DNA from: Eledone cirrhosa
Lineage: Eukaryota
Assembly (NCBI GenBank): GCA_964016885.1
Contig: OZ024741.1
Span: 172,174,001 to 172,238,000 of the forward strand
Length of the DNA: 64,000 bases
Reading direction: 5' to 3'
Shown: positions 26,013 to 39,540 of the stretch, one piece after another
Position numbering within the stretch: the stretch's first letter is position 1
Layout of the letters: every line of letters starts with the position of its first letter
Made by a program: the position numbers and the translations under genes
Notes under the pieces: generated by a model
Told to the model about the DNA's origin: nothing
Databases searched by the model: none
The model's input: the letters and a program-made list of their open reading frames with translations, nothing else

Positions 26013-26155
<143 letters not shown>

Positions 26156-26189
26156 CGTGTGTGTGTGTGTGTGCGTGTAAATATATATA

Positions 26190-27445
26190 TATATTGTTAT
26201 ACTTTGGGACGGTCATGTTGCCAATGTGAAACACATGGACTAGAAGCTTTCACTTCAATTTATTATAAATTAAATTATAAATTTTAAAATTTATAAATTT
26301 CCGGTTGGTTGGTTGGTTGGTTCCACAACAGGACGGTTGTTCATATATTGTCAAAGTTCTTTCGTCACACATTCTGTGACCTCTTCAGTGACTGGGGATT
26401 CTTTACTTTTTTTTGTGCCTCTCCTTTGTTCTGTCCTACGGCATCTTGTTTGCGTGTGTATTGTGTGCTTAGTTTGCGCATGTGTTACATCCGGGTGTCT
26501 GTGTGTGTTTTTATTTGTTTATTTATGTGTTCATTTATATGTTACTAGTTAGTTGTTTGTTCTATGTGTGTGTGTTTTCATTTTGTCCTTAATTGTGAGT
26601 TGTGATGTTGCTATTCCATTCATGTTTTCTATTTAATTTTGGTTGGAGTTCATTTATGTTTATTGCCTCTGTGATTTGTCTAAACATGGGCTCTTTTCTG
26701 TGTGTCGATTCTATTTTTATTTCTATGTTCTCTAATTTGCCCTTATCTTCTATTTTAGCATGTTGGTGGAGTATTGATGAGTCTTTACTATCTTGGAGTT
26801 CTCGCCAGTGTTCATTTAATTGTTCTCCTATGCTACGAGCTGTCTCACCTATGTACATTTATTCTTATCTTTACATTGTCCTTCAGTACATCTTATGCTA
26901 TATACTATATTTTTAGTTTTACAGTTAATATGGGGGCTTAGTTTACAGATTATGCATTTCCTATCTAGGGAGGTCTTTGAAAAGGGTATGTATTACTAAT
27001 AAGTGTCTTTATGGAGGTATCTGGTCTTTCCACTATCTTAATATTTAGTTTATGAATGAAAACACACACACATAGAGTAAACAACTAACTAGTAACATAT
27101 AAATAAACAAATAAATAAACAAATAAAAACACACAGACACACCCGGATGTAAAACATGCGCAAACTAAGCACACAACACACACAAAAACAAGATGGCGTA
27201 GGACAGAACAAAGGAGCGGCACAAAACAAAGAAAAGAATCCCCATTCACTGAAGAAGTCACAGAATGTGTGACGAAAGAACTTTGACAATATATGAACGA
27301 CCGTCCGGTTGTGGAACCAACCAACCAACCGGAAATTTATAAATTTTTAAAATTTATAGTTTAATTTATAATAAATTGAAGTGAAAGCAACTGGTGCGTC
27401 TGTTTCCTATTGGCAAAATGACTCACCCAAAGTATAACAATATCG
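26190..27445 (-). mobile_element. Short 5'-truncated PLE (GIY-YIG only) between inverted pseudo-LTRs
   Basis: CIICK..NCKTKNIVYSIRC..YIGETARSIGEQLNEH..LHQH..RQITEAINI..PKLN; arms 26249-26582 and 27056-27388 are inverted. Confidence 0.9.
26350..26392 (-). ncRNA. Minimal hammerhead ribozyme (mirror copy at 27245-27287, +)
   Basis: Stem I GTCA/TGAC, CTGAAGA, stem II GTCAC/GTGAC, GAAAG AA CTT site. Confidence 0.8.
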
Positions 27446-27532
27446 GTTTCAACACACGTTTTCAGGATCTTGCTAAACAAATTCAGAAACGAAATATATA
27501 TATATATATACATACATATATATATATGTATA

Positions 27533-27629
<97 letters not shown>

Positions 27630-27895
27630 GGATTAAATAATAATAGTTAAATGCAGTCCACTTAGGTGAAGTCCTGTATTGGCGATCGAGTGACGCAAAA
27701 TTAGGCGGGAAGCGATCTCTAGACATACCAGTTCAGTGAAACAAATGTAAGCTATGTGATTAAAAACTTTTTTGTATTGCAAACCATGTAAACCTTCTTT
27801 CCTGATATATATATATATGTACATATATATATATATGTATATATATATACGTATATATATAGTAATAATAATAAATTTGAAGACTAAAATCCAAA

Positions 27896-28037
<142 letters not shown>

Positions 28038-28071
28038 TTAAAAAATAGACGTGTAACACACGAGTTGTGAT

Positions 28072-28455
28072 ATATTAGTAAAAGGAAAAGAAAATGCTGA
28101 CAAATTTTTCCCAGTGAAAAATAGTTTAATTAGGAATAAGTATAAATTAGTAATAAGTATTGTTAGTATTCAGTTTTAGTTTTAAGTTCTTACCGGTTGC
28201 GCAATTCTAATGCTTTTCAAAATTAATTTTGAGATAGAGCGCTCGTGATATTTGCTCTAATCCGATTAGAGCAAACATCACGAGCGCTCTATCTCAAAAT
28301 TATTCTTGAAAAGCATAAGAAATGCGCAACCGGTAAAAACTTAAAACTAAAACTGAATACTAACCAATACTTATTACTAATTTATACTTATTCCTAAATA
28401 AACTATTTTTCACTGGGAAAAATTTGTCAGCATTTTCTTTTCCTTTTACTAATAT
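28072..28455. repeat. ~380 bp palindrome (two ~190 bp arms, essentially no spacer)
   Basis: Centre ..TTTGCTCTAATC C GATTAGAGCAAA..; arms differ at a few sites. Confidence 0.92.
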
Positions 28456-28458
28456 ATA

Positions 28459-28514
<56 letters not shown>

Positions 28515-28520
<6 letters not shown>

Positions 28521-29000
28521 TACAAATATTAATAAAATAGATGTTCTTTTGATCAATTAAATGTTATTATACATATTTCAGAGGTACAACAGTACGTCCT
28601 CATGAGATAAAATATAATGATACATGACATACCCTGAGATGTTAAATGGTTAAGATTTAATCAAGGTAGTGATTAGCCTATGAGAAAACTCAGCATTTAT
28701 ACCCTAATAATGAGAATATGCGAAAACGTAATAGATTCAATAGAGAAGGTATGAGTAAGGAAAACGTTGCTTTAATGTTATAGAGATTTTAAAATGTGGG
28801 ATACTACAAATTAGGATTATAGAGGAAGACGTCTCTGGAAATATAATTGTATTACAGTTTATGAAGGCAATCGATAGATAATTAAAGAGAGGGAGAGATA
28901 AAGGGGAGTAATTTATGCAAACATTTTTTTCCCCATTTGGACTTAGCGGTTAAGTTTCAAAATATTTAATTTATGTTATTTTAGGGTGAAGAATCAAAAT
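28515..29000 (-). mobile_element. Hydra-like PLE 3' end/pseudo-LTR remnant with mutated HHR (28563-28615)
   Basis: TATTTTAT CTCATGA GGACGTAC TGTT GTACCTCT GAAATATGTATAATAA, same layout as 18781-18846. Confidence 0.6.
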
Positions 29001-30191
29001 TTAAATTTTTAAAAGTTGATGGTTATTTATATTAATTTTATAAATTTTATAAATTTTTTAAATGTGTTACATTACTAAAATTCTGAATTTTATGAAAACA
29101 AAATTAAAGGATTTACTAGGCCCGCGAAAGAAAAATATACACTGTTGAATATTTCCTTAAATGTAATCTTTAACAAAAATTACATATAACAGTGTCATCA
29201 TTTTCGGTATGTAAAATTTCTGAAGTACTTACGTTTGAAAGTATATACTCTCCTTATGCATATTAACGGCTGAGTAGCCTAATTTGCATATCGAGTGAGT
29301 TAGTCGGCCGGGCGTACCGACAAAGATAAATGGAAAAAAGGAAATTTCTTTTCTCACTCTTAGTACGGCTGATACTTAAATATAAGTATGTATACGTACA
29401 TACATATATGTACACAGACGTACAGTAGTATGTATATACATACATGCACACACATATGTATGTACGTATGGGTTTACCGAACATTTATTATAATGCTCGG
29501 TTTGTTTGTAAACAAACAGCCCGAAGTATTAGCTGTTCAGTGTTCGGCAACCATCGTTGCCATTTTGTTCAACACTGACAAGGACGACAGAGTTGTATTG
29601 AGAATGAGAGTCATAGCGATCCGTGTAAGCATCATCCCAAAATGATGATGATGTTTAAAATGTAATATCATTTTCAAATTAATCTTCTTTTCTATCTTTA
29701 TATATATTATATTATTGCTCTAAACCTGAGTTTTGTTTGTTTGTATTAAATACTCTGCCAATCACTTAGCACAGGAGAAATATTTCCACTATAATTCCAT
29801 AGAGGAAATTTCGTTACCCTGATTGAAGTATCAAGTGCGACAGTGACAATGAAAAAGTGCCATTTCCAAAATTATTCGCTCATTAAGACACAGGTGAGGT
29901 GTAGAAATAAACCGAATGTCCGCAATCTTTCTTAGTCTATTTAATATTTTTGCTTGAAGTATTCTCAGTGTGTAGTAGATGTAGACTTGGTGTTGCCGAA
30001 CTAATGTATGTCTTCGTTATTGTGATAGCTTACGAAAGGCAGGAGACACTACATCTTCAATAGAAAAGAGGAAGAAAGTAATAAAAGCGGCTATTAACCA
30101 TAGCCAATTAACAGCCATAAACACACAAACACACATACGCACACACACACAAACACAAACACGCGCGCGCGCACACGCACACGCACACACG

Positions 30192-30228
<37 letters not shown>

Positions 30229-30232
30229 GTCT

Positions 30233-30502
30233 AAAGTCTGTCTTAAGCCATAAGGCTCATTTGGCCGGTGCTTATCCCGGTTTCATGGCGTGAAGCGACT
30301 GTGAGTACAAGACTCCCCCCTGGACAGGACGCCAGTCCATCGCAGAGTTAAACCTCCAGCTATTGCTGGTACTCATTTTCAGCTGAATATACTGGAGCAA
30401 CGTGAAATGAGTGTTTTGCTCAGGAACACAACACCCAGGAATCGAACCCACTACATTATGATCGTAAGTCCAACACTCTTACCACTAGGCCACGTGCCTC
30501 CA
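30233..30502 (-). mobile_element. tRNA-derived SINE with Deu/Nin-like domain
   Basis: Reverse complement homolog of 2269-2542 with clean A and B boxes. Confidence 0.88.
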
Positions 30503-30599
30503 CATATATATATATATATACACACACATACATACATACACATATATACATACATATATTCATACATAAATATATATGTATATACATAAATACATTTAT

Positions 30600-30608
30600 A
30601 TATGTATG

Positions 30609-30640
<32 letters not shown>

Positions 30641-31200
30641 TGTATGTTCTTCTGGTTTCATAATTACACAATTTTTTGCCAATAGAGAGAGAGTCGGTTT
30701 CTAACATAGATACAAGACTCTCTCATTGGAATTTACACAACATTAACTAGGTAGATATGTCTGCATGTCTGCATGCATGTGTGTGTGTGTGTGTGCATGT
30801 ATGGATGTTAATGTATGTGTGCATGTGTATATGTTTTGTATCTGTACATGTCTATATGCAGTTATTAGATGCAGAATGTTTGGAATGTTTTACATATTTT
30901 ACTGTTCCATTAATGGATTGTACTTGTAATTTCCTAACTAGTTGTGTTCTTCCTATGTCTATGAAGCCCAGCTTCTTAAGATTTGTATTGAGGCAGTTAC
31001 TAACATATCCCAGTGCCCCAATAGTCACAGGCATAAATCTGAAGGTATAGTCAGGGTGGAATATCTGCAGATTTCTCATTAGTTCTGCATAAATATTCTC
31101 CTTTTCGCTAATCTTTGATATTATATTGGCATCTGCTGGGCAGCTAACTTCCACAACTGTGCATGCTTTCTTTTCCCTGTCCCATATCATTATATCTGCT
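30600..31200 (-). mobile_element. R4/Dong-type 3' fragment with (CATA)n tail
   Basis: ADIMIWDREKKACTVVEVSCPAD..EKENIYAEL..PVTIGALG, similar to 54153-54480; 3' UTR ends in (CATA)n at 30600-30646. Confidence 0.85.
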
Positions 31201-32885
31201 ATGTATTGTTGTAGGAAAAATTTCATGTAGAGTGCTACTGGACCGTCTGCTGACACACATTGCAGATTGTGTTCTTCCTGAAAGTCAATCTGGTTTTTGT
31301 GCTGGACGCGGCACTACTGATATGATCTTCTCAGCTAGACAGCTCCAGGAGAAGTGCATGGAACAAGGTTTGGATCTGTATGAGGTTTTTGTCGATCTGA
31401 CAAAAGCTTTCGATACTGTTAACAGAAATACATTGTGAAAGGTCCTCCAGAAACTTGGTTGCCCTGATAAATTCCTTGCTTTGGTTAGGTTTTTTCATGA
31501 CGACATGAAGGCTTGGGTTAATGTCAGAGGTAACATGTCGGAGCCTATCTCAGTAAAAAATGAAGTGAAACAGGGGGAAATTCCAGCACCGACCCTGTTT
31601 GCCATATACATGCCAATGGTTTTCTATATTGCATTCTATATTGCGAGCATGGTGTTTACATCCAATATCGAACCTCAGGCAGCATATTTAACACTTTGCT
31701 GCAAAAACAAAATTATTTACGTCAATCATAGGAGACCTCTTGTATGCAGATGATTGCGATCTTGTAGCGCAGCACATTTTGAATACATTTTCTGATGCTT
31801 GCACTGCCCTAGGATTGACTGTCAGTCTCAAGAAAACCGTCGTCATGTACCAACCTGCCCCTGGTAAGCAGTACTGTGAGCCAAATATATATGTGTATGG
31901 TAAACGACTTGGAGTAGTTGATCAGTTTGTCTACCTGGGAAGCACTGTCAATCGATACAGCAACCTTGATAATGAAATTCCACTCAGTATTAGGAAAGCA
32001 AGTGATGCTTTCGGAAAGCTAGAAAGGCGACTCTGGGGTCGGCGAGACATGCAAGAAGACAAGGGTAAAGGTGTACAAAGCATGTGTGCTCTCTTCTTTA
32101 TGCTTGCGAGACCTGAGTCACATATCGACACCACCTTAAACAATTGGAGCGTTTCCATCAGATGTGTCTCAGACGGATCCATGGCGTTCACTGGAGGGAC
32201 CACATCAGTGATGTCGAGATTTTGGAAAGTCCTCAGTGTGACAGTAGAGAAGCTCAGGTGCAAAGACACCGTTGGAGTGGTCACCTTGCCAGGATGAAGG
32301 ATTCTAGAATACCAAAACAACTCTTTTATGGATAGTTAGTTAAAGGAAAACGACCGCACATAAACCAAAAAAGAGGTATAAGGATTCATTGAAAGCCTCT
32401 TTGAAAGACGCTAAAATCTCTGCTGATACATGGGAAAATGTTGCTGCTGATCGTAATAAATGGAGAAAGACTGTCTATGAGGTAAAAGTTACCTTTGAGG
32501 CATCTCGAATTGCATACGAGAAAGTAAAGAAGGGTGTGAGGAACGGCATTACTGTTGAATTTCTAGAGAGTGAAGGTCCACCTATGGAGCTGACATGCAG
32601 CATCTGTACGAGACTCTGCCTCAGCAAAGCTGGACTCGAAAGTCATAAAGTAAGACCAGTGGTTGACTACCAGGCTGCTGTTGGAGATGCTACTCATCAT
32701 GCCTGCCAAGCATGTGGTAGAGAATGTAAATAATCAGGAGGGCTCAAACGACATGCAAAAGTAGATGAACTCCAACCACAGCCGGCTATTCCCGGTAAAT
32801 GTTTTGGTTGCCGACTCTGTGCAAGACAATTTAGATCATTGGCTGGGCTAAAAAGCCACATTCGATCGCAGCACTGTTAATTGTT
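31190..32885 (+). mobile_element. 5'-truncated degraded RTE LINE with three C-terminal C2H2-like fingers
   Basis: LPESQSGF..RGTTDMIFSARQLQEK..FVDLTKAFDTVNR, LYADD, FVYLGS, RWSGHLARM..RIPKQLFYG; fingers CSIC..H, CQAC..H and [17 protein letters not shown]. Confidence 0.9.
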
Positions 32886-33147
32886 ATCTTGTGTGTGTGT
32901 GTGTGTGCGCGCGCGCGCGTGTGCGTGCGTGTGTGTGTGTGTGTGTGTGTCTCTGTGTGTCTGTGTGTGTCTGTGTGTGTGTGTATGTGTGTGTGTCAGT
33001 GTGTGTTTCTGTGAATAGATATGTATATATATATGTGTGTGTGTGGGGGGGGGGTGGGGGTGCGTGTAGTGTATGTCTGTGTGTATCTGTGTGTGTCTGT
33101 GTGTATGTCTGTGTGTGTGTCTGTGTGTGTTTCTGTGAATAGATATG

Positions 33148-33182
<35 letters not shown>

Positions 33183-33552
33183 ATATATTATTACTAATTA
33201 TTGTTGTTATTATTATTGTCGTTATTATGTTTTTATATTTCGTGCAATGGCTATACTCGATAACGAGGGGACAGTCATCATGTATGTATGTACTGTATGT
33301 ATGTAAATGAAACAAGACAATATGCAAGTGTAAGTTATCTTTGTCGATGGCCGTTGTGTATTTTGAGATTCTTTTGTAAACATGCAACAGTCACATTTCC
33401 TGCAAGCATCATTTCATATATACATTACACAGATTCTGTTCATAGTTGTTATAAATGATATCTACCTGAAGCAACACGTATGCACACACAGAAACACACT
33501 TATTAGATAACCCATATACGTATATACATATATATACATACATGCATACATG

Positions 33553-33583
<31 letters not shown>

Positions 33584-33661
33584 CAATTGTGTGCGCGTGA
33601 GGATTATGTAAATATATATTAATGTTTATGTGTATTTATTTGTATGTATGTATGTTTTTAA

Positions 33662-33705
<44 letters not shown>

Positions 33706-34055
33706 TTACACGGAAACACAGACAGACACATACACACACATATGCACTCATAAATGTATAAATATACCCTTACGCATATGTGTGTTTATCTGCGTGCATT
33801 TGTAAGTGTATGTGTGTTTTCGCTCCTATCTATATTTGCACATTTTTGCCCTCCACATCTATCATTTTTGCTGTTGAGTTTGTAATTCATTCTAGCCTGA
33901 AGCGACATCCATGTTTAGTCCGTCTTCCCGATTTCAATAACATCTTTATAGGAACGTTCTTTCTGATTCAACATTACCCCCACTCTCTTCTCCATGATTA
34001 ACGGGCAGTGACAAACATATAAAACCAATATGTTTCTAGATGTTGAATGACAAAA

Positions 34056-34094
<39 letters not shown>

Positions 34095-34126
34095 AACACA
34101 AACACACACGCACTCACGCACACACG

Positions 34127-34193
<67 letters not shown>

Positions 34194-35029
34194 GCACGCA
34201 CACACACATACACACGCTATATTACTACACTTCAACGTCTTCGCAAACCAGCCAACCAACTAACCGACCAACCAACTAATCGACCAACTAACCTATCAGC
34301 GAAAAAACCAATCACTATTCAACATTTACAAACACGTAAGCTTAGGTCAACAAGATGAAGGGGAAGCCTTCACATGTCACACATCTTGTTAGTTATAATA
34401 TCAAAATCACTCTCACATTACACTTTAATTTAATTAAAATAACGAAGGACATTAAATAATGTTTAAATAAAAGATGAGATGATCGTAGTTAAAATGGCTT
34501 TGGTCGTAGATTTGCTTGATCAGGGTTGACCTGTGGTTAAGCAACACGAACCCTATCCCCCAACCTAATCCCAGATAAATCGTATATTAAAACTATAAAT
34601 ACACCACAACAGCACCAACAGCTTAAATAAGTTAATGATAAATTGGATGCTCAGGGATTGCCAGATTAAAACTTTTAATGGTCCTAAGGAATAGAAAGAT
34701 TGTGGTACCCCCAGATAATGTATGTAAAAAAAACTCCAATACACTGCACTGGGAAAATACTCTATGGGGCCTATCTATAATTAAGCCACTAAGTATGTGT
34801 TTATTTTCTCTAATGGTTAAACCAGGACAGTAGTAACTACTGAAACGTATTTGATCATAGGTCTTTTTGATCAAGATAAAGAATGTAAATTTAGGTGAAC
34901 CAGCAAGGAAGCCCCAATGTGTTTGCTGAACCTGCTAATAATATCAAACAAATCTCTTTCAAATCACATCCTATCTCCTTTCCTTTTGTGTCCCCTTCTT
35001 TTTTATTATATATATATATATATACGTTT

Positions 35030-37414
35030 GGAGTTAGAAGGCCAGAACAATGCAGGTATGGATATAGAATATAAATAAAAATGCAAAAGATAGCGCTGAC
35101 AATTAGTCTTTTACCTTAAATTTATTTGAATATCTTTAATTTTCGAGATAATATCTCTTCTTCGGATGGAAGTGAAGGGGTTAATCCAGTGTTCTAATTA
35201 GATTGCCAAGTCATGTTGACACGAAACAGTAAAGAAATCCCATTCTATTTCTAATGTCAAAGAGTGAAGGTTTGGACATGTATGTTTAAGTGTGTGGGAG
35301 AATATGTGAAGGTGTAAGCATGCGTGAGTGTGTGAGTGTGAGAGGACATGTTTATATGTAAATGTGGGGGGCTAGATGCTCTAGCATGTTAAAACTGGTC
35401 TATGTGTGTGTATGTGTGTGTGTGAGAGCGAATAAGTGAAGGTGTAAGCGTGCCTGTGTTTGCGTGTGTGTGTGTGTGAGAGATGGTACGTGGAGGTGTA
35501 AGTGTGGGGCTAGGTGCTCTATCATGTTAAAAATTGGGTGTTGAGTTCTAGTCTGTTATTGATTGATGGTGTGTTTTGTCTATAATAAATGCTTCTTTAA
35601 TTCTAAGATTGCCGAGGTTTCTTTCCTTAGCTTCTATCCTAACTATTATGTTTTTGTCGGTGTTTTTTCATTTCACTAGGTGTTTCTTAAATGAGGAAGC
35701 GTTAGTGTTGAGGTGTTCTTTTATTCTAATGTGAAGTGGTCTGGTGGTGCTACCTATGTAGAAATTGTTGCATTTGTCGCATTCTAATCTGTATAAAACG
35801 TAGGCCTGGTGTCATAGGTCTGTGTCGTCGATGGGGCAGTTGGCTAGCCTGCAGCGGCTGTCATGTCTGGTAGAGTGTCTTTTGGTTAACTGTCCGCGTA
35901 GAGAAGGTCCTGAGTGGGCTAGCTGGATATCTAGTCCATCTCGTCTGATAGCTCTACGCATGGCTGTTGTTGTTTCGTCACTGAAGTGTGGGAGATTCAG
36001 GAAGCAGGTGTTAGTGCCTCGGATGTGGTGTCCTCTGTTGTTTCTGGCACGGTTCGCGATGGACGTCAGGTATCCGTTCAGTTTAAGTACTCCCAGGAAA
36101 TGTGTGGTGTGTGTGTCCCGGTCTCTTGCGCCGGTGCATTTGTTCCGGATACGTGTTAGTTCGTTCCTTATGTATCCGAACTTAGCGCTGACTGGGAGGG
36201 CTGATCTGAAATGTACGAACAGGTCCCTGCTGGCGGCTTTTTTATAGAAGCAGGTGTTGATGTCGCCTTCCTCTGTTACTCTGAGTTGGAAGTCCAATAG
36301 GTTTAGAAATCCGCGGTCATCGGGGTGTTCCATGCTTAACTTTATATTGGCGTCTATGCTGGAGAATGTCGTGTATATTTTATCCGCTTTTTCACGTGAT
36401 GATGTAGGGATGAGTATGTAATCTACATACCGGGTGAAGAAGGTATATGAATGGCAGGTGTTGAGGGCTCGGCATTCCAGCTGGTTCATATAAGTGATGG
36501 CCAGCAGGCCCGATAGGCTGGATCCCATGGGTAATCCTGTTGTTTGTTTGTATGTGTGGTGGTGGAAGGTGAAGTACGTGTTGTCCACTGTGAAGGACAA
36601 AAGCTGGTGTATGTCCGTCGGATGGAGGCCGTAGCAGTGGATGTCCTATGCGACCACGCAGTCCGTCAATAAATCGACAGCTGGATGAGCAGGGACAGTG
36701 GTGTAGAGGGAGACAACGTCGAGGCTAAAGGCGTATCTATTTAATTTAAGTTGTTCTGGCTGGAGTTGGTGTAGTCTACCTATGACCTCATCGGAGCTAC
36801 TGACATGCCTGGGAAAGGTGGAGAGTAGAGGCTTGAGGACCTGGGAGAGGAACCAGGAGATTTTGTATAGGAGCCCTTCTATGCTAGAGACGATGGGTCT
36901 TATTTGTGTCTTAGTACTATTCTTGTGGGTCTTGATGAGGTGATAGAAAGTGAGCAGTCTGCTATATCTAGTGGTGTAGTTGAGCTTAACTTTATTTGGG
37001 AGTTGTCTTCTCCTACAGATGTCGAACTAGATGGAGTTGGCCTGTTTTTTCTATCTGGGCTGCAGTTATGTCCGGGATCTCTGTATACAGTTCATGTCGC
37101 TTAAGTGTTCAAAGGCTAAGTTGTATGTGACTTCAGAGATGACACAAAACTCTTTACCTTTGTCGGATGGTAAGTATATGAGTTCCCTATTCCGCAGGTT
37201 CTTCAGGGCGAGTTGTTGTGTCCTGGAGAGGTTTGGGCTATCTTCTTCTGTTTCCGTAAGATGTTAAATACGGAATGTTTTAGCCTCGAGAGTTTTTCTT
37301 CCAGCTCGCGGTTGGTAGGCGGTGGACAGAATGGGCAATCCAGTTGGTATATCGGGAATCTGGTTGTGTTAGATTTCGTGGTGTTGTTGCCGAGGGTCGA
37401 TATCCATTTTAGTT

Positions 37415-37415
<1 letters not shown>
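35030..37415 (-). mobile_element. 5'-truncated C-terminal-endonuclease PLE (Poseidon/Nematis-like), decayed
   Basis: PSDKGKEFCVI, FYHLIKTHK, RPIVS, SLDVVSLYT, GLPMGSSLS, RYVDY, LLDF; endonuclease VLYRLECDKC..YIGSTTRPLHIRIKEH; HHR variant CCGAAGA.GAGATATTATCTC GAAA at 35135-35166; (TA)n on both sides. Confidence 0.9.
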
Positions 37416-37478
<63 letters not shown>

Positions 37479-37484
37479 TGTATG

Positions 37485-37552
<68 letters not shown>

Positions 37553-37558
37553 TGTATG

Positions 37559-37615
<57 letters not shown>

Positions 37616-37672
37616 ATATATATGTATATATATATATATGTATATATATATATAAATGTATATGTGTGTATA

Positions 37673-37713
<41 letters not shown>

Positions 37714-37725
37714 GTATATGTGTGT

Positions 37726-37757
<32 letters not shown>

Positions 37758-37898
37758 GTATATATATATGTATATATATGTATATATATATGTATATTTA
37801 TGTATATATGTATATATATGTATATATATGTATATATGTATATAAGTATATATATTTATATATATTTATATATGTATATATGTATATATATATGTGTA

Positions 37899-37947
<49 letters not shown>

Positions 37948-37982
37948 GTGTGTGTATATATGTATATATATATGTATATATG

Positions 37983-38032
<50 letters not shown>

Positions 38033-38036
38033 TACA

Positions 38037-38093
<57 letters not shown>

Positions 38094-38154
38094 ATATATG
38101 TATATATATATGTATATATGTATATATATATATATATATGCACATATATATATG

Positions 38155-38199
<45 letters not shown>

Positions 38200-38220
38200 G
38201 TATATATATATATACATACA

Positions 38221-38315
<95 letters not shown>

Positions 38316-38325
38316 TTGTATATAT
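37416..38325. repeat. ~900 bp compound (TA)n/(TATG) microsatellite
   Basis: Seen directly. Confidence 0.98.
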
Positions 38326-38329
38326 TATT

Positions 38330-38580
38330 CAAAATATTAATAAATGAAGACATTCACATAATCAAAATATATGTTTTATTATATATATTTTGAAGGTACT
38401 GTGCTGTATTTTCAGTACGTCCTCGTCAGATAAAATACATGAATTGATGTATGATATACCTCAACGGTCTTGATGGCCCAATTCCAGTATTGGCAGTGAT
38501 TTATTACAACAAATCTCAACATTTATAAACCACAAATAATAACACGATAAACTTAAATTTAAATGGAAACTATATTTCCG
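38330..38580 (-). mobile_element. Hydra-like solo pseudo-LTR with decayed HHR (38373-38440)
   Basis: TATTTTAT CTGACGA GGACGTACTG..CAGTACCTTC AAAA TATATATAATAAAA; GAAA is mutated. Confidence 0.6.
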
Positions 38581-38613
38581 GCCTTGTACCAAAAGTAGAA
38601 ACAATTATTATTA

Positions 38614-38781
<168 letters not shown>

Positions 38782-38844
38782 TAAAATAACAGATTAAAGT
38801 TTAAGCAAAGAATCGCTGCTTTCACCCTTAACGGGATCTTCTTG

Positions 38845-39018
38845 GTAGTATCGGTAGAAGGTCGGACGCCATGCTTTCCAGCATAGTTACGTCCCTTTAC
38901 GATCTGAGTTCAAATCCCGTCGAGGTTAACTTTGCCTTTCATCCATACGGGGTCGATAAAATAAAGTACCAGTAATGCACTGGATAATTGCTGGCCTTGT
39001 GCCAAACGTAGAAACAAT
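38845..39018 (+). mobile_element. tRNA-derived SINE family, octopod-like
   Basis: GGCAGTATCGGTAG..GAGTTCAAATCCC (B box)..TTGCCTTTCATCC..GTCGATAAAATAAAGTACCAG..GGCCTTGTGCC; eight copies in the window. Confidence 0.88.
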
Positions 39019-39395
39019 TATTATTATTATTATTACTATATATATATTCGTTTGTGTGTGTGTGTGTGTATAATGCCTGCTTAATCAGCTAAATATGTTT
39101 TATTAATAAACATTTTTTAAATCGTAAAACAAAATTTTCAAATAACAACAACACTACAGACGGTCGTAGAAGAATGAGAAGGGGAAGAGTAAGGGTGAAA
39201 GTCTCTAGGCCTAGAGTCCGCAAGAGCATAAAAACATTCTTGACAAGTATTTAATTTAATTTAAAGATAGAACCGTGTAGTATAATATTTGTCATAAAAA
39301 AGATAAAACATTCACATTTCCATTAAAATAAAATAAAACATTTATTTTCGTATCATCAATAGCACGGGATTAAAGAATAACATAATAACTAGAGT

Positions 39396-39540
39396 GCAGG
39401 CATATTCGTGTGGTTCAAGGTTTCACTTTTTAATCACGCGATTTCTGGTTCAATATCTCTATGTGAGAATTTCGTCGAGACTATTTCATCATGAATTCGG
39501 TTTATATCAAGTCTTCTGTTGGAAATTAGGCGGAAATTAG
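39396..39540 (+). mobile_element. Very old CORE-type SINE remnant (similar remnant at 60755-60880)
   Basis: GCAGGC..GTGTGGTT..AATCACGCG..GGTTCAAT pattern resembles a recalled cephalopod CORE-SINE; weak. Confidence 0.4.

Noticed and set aside
37213-38393. Long ORFs of IY/HT/CV/MYVC repeats here and throughout the window
   Set aside because: Translations of (TA)n, (CA)n and (TATG)n microsatellites.
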